DNA of 32,531 nucleotides from a virus (Duplodnaviria; Heunggongvirae; Uroviricota; Caudoviricetes): IMG/VR virus record IMGVR_UViG_2909246061_000005; one strand, 5' to 3'. Shown piece by piece: positions 27,145 to 32,531 of this stretch (position 1 is its first letter; each line of letters starts with the position of its first letter). The notes under the pieces were generated by a model. It saw only the letters and a program-made list of their open reading frames with translations, ran no database searches and was not told where the DNA came from. The position numbers and the translations under genes were made by a program.

Positions 27145-29745
27145 ATGAGCACAAAACCACTCTTCCTGTTACGGAAAGCGAAAAAATCATCCGGTGAATC
27201 TGACGTCGTCCTGTGGGCAAGCAACGATTTTGAATCGACCTGTGCCACTCTGGACTACCTGATCGTTAAGTCAGGTAAAAAACTGAGCAGCTATTTTAAA
27301 GCTGTTGCCACGAATTTTCCTGTCGTTAATGACCTGCCCGCTGAAGGTGAGATCGATTTTACCTGGAGTGAACGCTATCAACTCAGCAAAGACTCCATGA
27401 CATGGGAACTAAAACCGGGAGCAGCACCAGACAACGCTCACTATCAAGGCAATACCAACGTCAACGGCGAAGACATGACTGAGATTGAGGAGAATATGCT
27501 ACTCCCAATTTCTGGCCAGGAACTGCCCATTCGTTGGCTTGCTCAACACGGCAGCGAAAAACCGGTAACGCACGTTTCACGCGACGGACTCCAGGCATTA
27601 CACATTGCTCGGGCTGAAGAACTACCGGCTGTTACTGCCCTGGCTGTTTCCCACAAAACCAGCCTGCTCGACCCGCTGGAAATTCGCGAACTCCACAAAC
27701 TGGTTCGTGACACTGACAAAGTTTTCCCTAATCCTGGTAATTCAAACCTGGGACTGATAACTGCTTTTTTCGAAGCATACCTGAACGCTGACTACACCGA
27801 TCGAGGACTGCTGACAAAAGAGTGGATGAAGGGTAATCGTGTTTCACACATCACTCGCACGGCTTCCGGTGCTAATGCTGGCGGCGGAAACCTCACCGAT
27901 CGCGGCGAAGGTTTCGTACACGATCTGACGTCACTGGCGCGCGACGTAGCCACTGGCGTACTGGCCCGTTCAATGGATCTGGACATCTATAACCTTCATC
28001 CGGCACACGCTAAACGCATTGAGGAAATTATCGCTGAAAATAAACCGCCCTTTTCTGTTTTCCGCGACAAATTCATCACCATGCCTGGCGGGCTGGATTA
28101 TTCCCGCGCCATCGTGGTTGCGTCCGTAAAAGAAGCACCAATTGGGATCGAGGTCATCCCCGCGCACGTCACTGAATATCTGAACAAAGTACTGACTGAA
28201 ACCGATCATGCCAACCCTGATCCGGAAATCGTGGATATTGCCTGCGGTCGCTCCTCTGCCCCGATGCCGCAGCGAGTAACAGAAGAAGGAAAACAGGATG
28301 ATGAAGAAAAACCGCAACCATCTGGAACAACGGCAGTTGAACAGGGAGAGGCTGAAACAATGGAACCGGACGCAACTGAACATCATCAGGACACGCAGCC
28401 GCTGGATGCTCAGTCACAGGTAAATTCTGTTGATGCGAAATATCAGGAACTGCGGGCAGAACTCCATGAAGCCCGGAAAAACATTCCATCAAAAAATCCT
28501 GTCGATGCCGATAAATTGCTTGCTGCATCACGTGGTGAATTTGTTGACGGAATTAGCGACCCGAACGATCCGAAATGGGTAAAGGGGATCCAGACTCGCG
28601 ATTGTGTGTACCAGAACCAGCCAGAAACGGAAAAAACCAGCCCAGATATGAATCAACCAGAGCCAGTAGTGCAACAGGAACCGGAAATAGCCTGCAATGC
28701 CTGCGGCCAGACTGGCGGGGATAACTGCCCTGACTGTGGTGCGGTGATGGGCGACGCAACATACCAGGAAACATTCGCTGAAGAGAGTCAGGTTGAAGCT
28801 AAGGAAAATGATCCGGAGGAAATGGAAGGCGCTGAACATCCGCACAATGAGAATGCTGGCAGCGATCCGCATCGCGATTGCAGTGATGAAACTGGCGAAG
28901 TCGCAGATCCCGTAATCGTAGAAGACATAGAGCCAGGTATTTATTACGGAATTTCGAATGAGAATTACCACGCGGGTCCCGGTATCAGTAAGTCTCAGCT
29001 CGATGACATTGCTGATACTCCGGCACTATATTTGTGGCGTAAAAATGCCCCCGTGGACACCACAAAGACAAAAACGCTCGATTTAGGAACTGCTTTCCAC
29101 TGCCGGGTACTTGAACCGGAAGAATTCAGTAACCGCTTTATCGTAGCACCTGAATTTAACCGCCGTACAAACGCCGGAAAAGAAGAAGAGAAAGCGTTTC
29201 TGATGGAATGCGCAAGCACAGGAAAAACGGTTATCACTGCGGAAGAAGGCCGGAAAATTGAACTCATGTATCAAAGCGTTATGGCTTTGCCGCTGGGGCA
29301 ATGGCTTGTTGAAAGCGCCGGACACGCTGAATCATCAATTTACTGGGAAGATCCTGAAACAGGAATTTTGTGTCGGTGCCGTCCGGACAAAATTATCCCT
29401 GAATTTCACTGGATCATGGACGTGAAAACTACGGCGGATATTCAACGATTCAAAACCGCTTATTACGACTACCGCTATCACGTTCAGGATGCATTCTACA
29501 GTGACGGTTATGAAGCACAGTTTGGAGTGCAGCCAACTTTCGTTTTTCTGGTTGCCAGCACAACTATTGAATGCGGACGTTATCCGGTTGAAATTTTCAT
29601 GATGGGCGAAGAAGCAAAACTGGCAGGTCAACAGGAATATCACCGCAATCTGCGAACCCTGTCTGACTGCCTGAATACCGATGAATGGCCAGCTATTAAG
29701 ACATTATCACTGCCCCGCTGGGCTAAGGAATATGCAAATGACTAA
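27145..29745 (+). CDS. recE: Exodeoxyribonuclease VIII (RecE)
   Basis: 866 aa, the size and organisation of Rac RecE; acidic central region; C-terminal nuclease domain; overlaps recT by 8 nt. Confidence 0.9.
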   Translation: MSTKPLFLLRKAKKSSGESDVVLWASNDFESTCATLDYLIVKSGKKLSSYFKAVATNFPVVNDLPAEGEIDFTWSERYQLSKDSMTWELKPGAAPDNAHYQGNTNVNGEDMTEIEENMLLPISGQELPIRWLAQHGSEKPVTHVSRDGLQALHIARAEELPAVTALAVSHKTSLLDPLEIRELHKLVRDTDKVFPNPGNSNLGLITAFFEAYLNADYTDRGLLTKEWMKGNRVSHITRTASGANAGGGNLTDRGEGFVHDLTSLARDVATGVLARSMDLDIYNLHPAHAKRIEEIIAENKPPFSVFRDKFITMPGGLDYSRAIVVASVKEAPIGIEVIPAHVTEYLNKVLTETDHANPDPEIVDIACGRSSAPMPQRVTEEGKQDDEEKPQPSGTTAVEQGEAETMEPDATEHHQDTQPLDAQSQVNSVDAKYQELRAELHEARKNIPSKNPVDADKLLAASRGEFVDGISDPNDPKWVKGIQTRDCVYQNQPETEKTSPDMNQPEPVVQQEPEIACNACGQTGGDNCPDCGAVMGDATYQETFAEESQVEAKENDPEEMEGAEHPHNENAGSDPHRDCSDETGEVADPVIVEDIEPGIYYGISNENYHAGPGISKSQLDDIADTPALYLWRKNAPVDTTKTKTLDLGTAFHCRVLEPEEFSNRFIVAPEFNRRTNAGKEEEKAFLMECASTGKTVITAEEGRKIELMYQSVMALPLGQWLVESAGHAESSIYWEDPETGILCRCRPDKIIPEFHWIMDVKTTADIQRFKTAYYDYRYHVQDAFYSDGYEAQFGVQPTFVFLVASTTIECGRYPVEIFMMGEEAKLAGQQEYHRNLRTLSDCLNTDEWPAIKTLSLPRWAKEYAND

Positions 29746-30547
29746 GCAACCACCAATCGCAAAAGCCGATCTGCAAAAAACTCAGGGAAACCGTGCACCA
29801 GCAGCAGTTAAAAATAGCGACGTGATTAGTTTTATTAACCAGCCATCAATGAAAGAGCAACTGGCAGCAGCTCTTCCACGCCATATGACGGCTGAACGTA
29901 TGATCCGTATCGCCACCACAGAAATTCGTAAAGTTCCGGCGTTAGGAAACTGTGACACTATGAGTTTTGTCAGTGCGATCGTACAGTGTTCACAGCTCGG
30001 ACTTGAGCCAGGTAGCGCCCTCGGTCATGCATATTTACTGCCTTTTGGTAATAAAAACGAAAAGAGCGGTAAAAAGAACGTTCAGCTAATCATTGGCTAT
30101 CGCGGCATGATTGATCTGGCTCGCCGTTCTGGTCAAATCGCCAGCCTGTCAGCCCGTGTTGTCCGTGAAGGTGACGAGTTTAGCTTCGAATTTGGCCTTG
30201 ATGAAAAGTTAATACACCGCCCGGGAGAAAACGAAGATGCCCCGGTTACCCACGTCTATGCTGTCGCAAGACTGCAAGACGGAGGTACTCAGTTTGAAGT
30301 TATGACGCGCAAACAGATTGAGCTGGTGCGCAGCCTGAGTAAAGCTGGTAATAACGGGCCGTGGGTAACTCACTGGGAAGAAATGGCAAAGAAAACGGCT
30401 ATTCGTCGCCTGTTCAAATATTTGCCCGTATCAATTGAGATCCAGCGTGCAGTATCAATGGATGAAAAGGAACCACTGACAATCGATCCTGCAGATTCCT
30501 CTGTATTAACCGGGGAATACAGTGTAATCGATAATTCAGAGGAATAA
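29738..30547 (+). CDS. recT: Recombinase RecT (single-strand annealing protein)
   Basis: 269 aa from [14 protein letters not shown]..; the start lies within the recE 3' end. Confidence 0.9.
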   Translation: MTKQPPIAKADLQKTQGNRAPAAVKNSDVISFINQPSMKEQLAAALPRHMTAERMIRIATTEIRKVPALGNCDTMSFVSAIVQCSQLGLEPGSALGHAYLLPFGNKNEKSGKKNVQLIIGYRGMIDLARRSGQIASLSARVVREGDEFSFEFGLDEKLIHRPGENEDAPVTHVYAVARLQDGGTQFEVMTRKQIELVRSLSKAGNNGPWVTHWEEMAKKTAIRRLFKYLPVSIEIQRAVSMDEKEPLTIDPADSSVLTGEYSVIDNSEE

Positions 30548-30555
30548 TTCAGCCT

Positions 30556-30577
30556 GGCGGTGTAATGCACCGCCAAC
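30556..30577 (+). other. Hairpin downstream of recT (GGCGGTG-TAAT-GCACCGCC)
   Basis: 7-bp stem followed nearby by ATATTTTTTA; possible weak terminator or attenuator before ralR. Confidence 0.35.
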
Positions 30578-30603
30578 TTGAAATATTTTTTATGAGAAAA
30601 ATT

Positions 30604-30798
30604 ATGAGACATGACAATGTTAAACCATGTCCATTTTGTGGTTGTCCATCAGTAACGGTGAAAGCCATTTCAGGATATTACCGAGCGAAGTGTAACGGAT
30701 GCGAATCCCGAACCGGTTATGGTGGAAGTGAAAAAGAAGCACTCGAAAGATGGAATAAACGAACCACTGGAAATAATAATGGAGGTGTTCATGTATAA
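30604..30798 (+). CDS. ralR: Restriction alleviation protein RalR (Lar)
   Basis: 64 aa from MRHDNVKPCPFCGCPS..; Cys-rich. Confidence 0.8.
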   Translation: MRHDNVKPCPFCGCPSVTVKAISGYYRAKCNGCESRTGYGGSEKEALERWNKRTTGNNNGGVHV

Positions 30799-31000
30799 AA
30801 TTACCGCCACTATTGAAAAGGAAGGTGGCACTCCTACTAACTGGACAAGATATTCAAAATCTAAACTAACGAAATCAGAATGCGAAAAAATGCTCTCAGG
30901 TAAAAAAGAAGCAGGCGTTTCCAGAGAGCAGAAAGTAAAACTGATAAATTTTAATTGCGAGAAACTTCAGTCCTCGAGAATTGCATTGTATTCAAATTAA
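30791..31000 (+). CDS. ydaC: YdaC
   Basis: 69 aa from MYKITATIEKEGG.. with SD GGAGGTG; overlaps the ralR stop by 8 nt. Confidence 0.7.
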   Translation: MYKITATIEKEGGTPTNWTRYSKSKLTKSECEKMLSGKKEAGVSREQKVKLINFNCEKLQSSRIALYSN

Positions 31001-31011
31001 AACTTCATAGC

Positions 31012-31027
31012 TGATTATTAATAATCA
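31012..31027. promoter_or_regulatory. 16-bp perfect palindrome TGATTATTAATAATCA upstream of xis
   Basis: Read directly from the sequence; lies between ydaC and the excisionase gene. Confidence 0.5.
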
Positions 31028-31078
31028 ACATCGGGCGTCAATTTCAGTCTAACATTGGCGCCTGCCAGAGGTGATGCG

Positions 31079-31294
31079 ATGGCACAAGTAATCTTTAATG
31101 AAGAGTGGATGGTTGAATACGGCCTGATGCTTCGCACTGGTCTGGGGGCCAGACAAATTGAAGCATACCGCCAGAACTGTTGGGTGGAGGGCTTCCACTT
31201 CAAACGAGTATCTCCTTTAGGTAAGCCAGACAGCAAACGAGGGATTATCTGGTACAACTATCCAAAGATAAATCAGTTTATCAAAGACTCATGA
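31079..31294 (+). CDS. xisR: Excisionase-like protein (XisR/YdaQ)
   Basis: 71 aa from [15 protein letters not shown].. with SD GAGGTGA; immediately upstream of int. Confidence 0.7.
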   Translation: MAQVIFNEEWMVEYGLMLRTGLGARQIEAYRQNCWVEGFHFKRVSPLGKPDSKRGIIWYNYPKINQFIKDS

Positions 31295-31295
31295 T

Positions 31296-32531
31296 ATGTC
31301 TAAATTACCAACAGGTGTCGAGATTAGAGGTAGATACATTCGCATCTGGTTCATGTTTCGAGGAAAACGATGTCGGGAAACATTAAAAGGCTGGGAGATT
31401 ACAAACAGTAATATTAAAAAGGCCGGAAATTTAAGAGCGCTGATAGTTCATGAAATAAACTCCGGTGAATTTGAGTATTTAAGACGTTTTCCCCAGTCCA
31501 GCACTGGGGCAAAAATGGTGACAACGAGAGTCATAAAAACGTTCGGAGAGCTTTGTGATATCTGGACAAAAATTAAAGAGACAGAGTTAACAACAAACAC
31601 AATGAAGAAAACGAAATCACAATTAAAAACACTCAGAATAATAATTTGTGAAAGTACCCCGATATCACATATTCGTTATAGCGATATCTTAAACTACCGG
31701 AATGAACTGCTGCATGGAGAAACGCTTTACCTGGATAATCCAAGATCCAACAAAAAAGGAAGAACCGTGCGCACAGTTGATAACTATATCGCCCTGCTCT
31801 GTTCGCTGTTGCGTTTTGCGTATCAGTCGGGATTTATATCAACCAAACCATTTGAAGGAGTAAAAAAATTACAGCGAAACAGAATAAAGCCTGATCCGTT
31901 ATCTAAAACAGAATTCAATGCATTAATGGAAAGTGAAAAAGGACAGAGCCAGAACTTGTGGAAATTTGCCGTTTACTCAGGACTTCGTCACGGGGAACTG
32001 GCAGCTCTGGCGTGGGAGGATGTGGATCTCGAAAAGGGAATAGTGAATGTCAGAAGAAACCTGACGATACTTGATATGTTCGGTCCCCCAAAAACAAATG
32101 CCGGGATCCGAACAGTAACACTACTGCAGCCTGCTCTTGAAGCACTGAAGGAGCAATACAAACTGACCGGGCATCATCGCAAAAGCGAAATCACCTTTTA
32201 TCATCGGGAGTACGGCAGAACCGAAAAGCAAAAACTGCATTTTGTTTTCATGCCCAGGGTGTGTAACGGAAAACAAAAACCTTATTACTCGGTAAGCAGT
32301 TTGGGGGCAAGGTGGAATGCAGCAGTAAAACGTGCTGGTATTCGCCGCCGTAATCCGTACCATACGCGGCATACTTTTGCCTGCTGGCTGTTGACGGCAG
32401 GAGCGAACCCGGCATTTATAGCCAGCCAAATGGGGCATGAAACTGCGCAGATGGTGTATGAAATTTACGGTATGTGGATTGATGACATGAACGACGAACA
32501 GATAGCCATGTTGAATGCGCGGTTATCGTAG
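31296..32531 (+). CDS. intR: Tyrosine-type integrase (Rac IntR)
   Basis: 411 aa; C-terminal catalytic residues (R..HTRHT..Y context: NPYHTRHTFACWLL, EIYGMW); stop codon is the final 3 bases of the window. Confidence 0.9.
   Translation: MSKLPTGVEIRGRYIRIWFMFRGKRCRETLKGWEITNSNIKKAGNLRALIVHEINSGEFEYLRRFPQSSTGAKMVTTRVIKTFGELCDIWTKIKETELTTNTMKKTKSQLKTLRIIICESTPISHIRYSDILNYRNELLHGETLYLDNPRSNKKGRTVRTVDNYIALLCSLLRFAYQSGFISTKPFEGVKKLQRNRIKPDPLSKTEFNALMESEKGQSQNLWKFAVYSGLRHGELAALAWEDVDLEKGIVNVRRNLTILDMFGPPKTNAGIRTVTLLQPALEALKEQYKLTGHHRKSEITFYHREYGRTEKQKLHFVFMPRVCNGKQKPYYSVSSLGARWNAAVKRAGIRRRNPYHTRHTFACWLLTAGANPAFIASQMGHETAQMVYEIYGMWIDDMNDEQIAMLNARLS

Larger units (their letters stand above)
1..32531. 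mobile_element. Rac-family lambdoid cryptic prophage (partial; integrase at right end, pin/tail-fibre module at left)
   Basis: Co-linear set of recognisable Rac genes (int, xis, ydaC, ralR, recT, recE, racC, ydaE, kilR, sieB, trkG, Rz/Rz1, stf, tfa, pin) plus a phage-21-type lysis cassette and a Q-like gene; no att site inside the window. Confidence 0.85.

Noticed and set aside
15689-28971. Antisense ORFs inside large genes (e.g. 15689..16009 in MFS; 20001..20489, 20447..20671, 20817..21026, 21155..21436 in BCCT; 27792..28971 and 28995..29643 inside recE; 17090..17312 in ChaC-like)
   Set aside because: Each is fully embedded antisense in a well-supported gene, lacks an RBS and has biased composition; typical shadow ORFs.
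1-32531. CRISPR arrays, IS elements or transposases
   Set aside because: No regularly spaced direct repeats with unique spacers, and no ORF with transposase-like motifs (DDE or HTH-transposase) was seen.

Overview
The whole window reads as one Rac-family lambdoid cryptic prophage of Escherichia coli type, lying in reverse orientation relative to its integrase. Order along the + strand: ynaE-like and pinR invertase; tail-fibre assembly and side tail fibre genes (minus strand); a capsid-like remnant with a small ORF; a ParB-like fragment; trkG; an intact phage-21-type lysis cassette (Rz/Rz1, SAR endolysin, pinholin); two TolA-domain-III-like lipoproteins; a Q-like antiterminator and nin-region genes; an AT-rich gap; about 7.4 kb of non-phage cargo (YeaR-like, MFS, ChaC-like, LysR, DUF2254, BetT-like BCCT transporter); a replication initiator with internal iterons; ydaT/ydaS-like genes and a divergent repressor flanked by palindromic operators; then ydaG/ydaF-like, sieB, kilR, ydaE, racC, recE, recT, ralR, ydaC, xis and int. 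The integrase stop codon is the last base of the window, so no attachment site is visible. Terminase, portal and tail-shaft genes are absent, so the element looks lysis-capable but unable to make virions. The most novel-looking items are the tandem TolA C-terminal-domain mimic lipoproteins in the Q-to-holin moron slot, the cargo block marked by a recurring conserved hairpin, and several unannotated small ORFs. All calls come from reading the translated ORFs and the DNA by eye against recalled family signatures; no database search or computation was run. The supplied ORF track uses alternative start codons (GTG/TTG), so several starts were re-assigned to internal ATGs with Shine-Dalgarno support.
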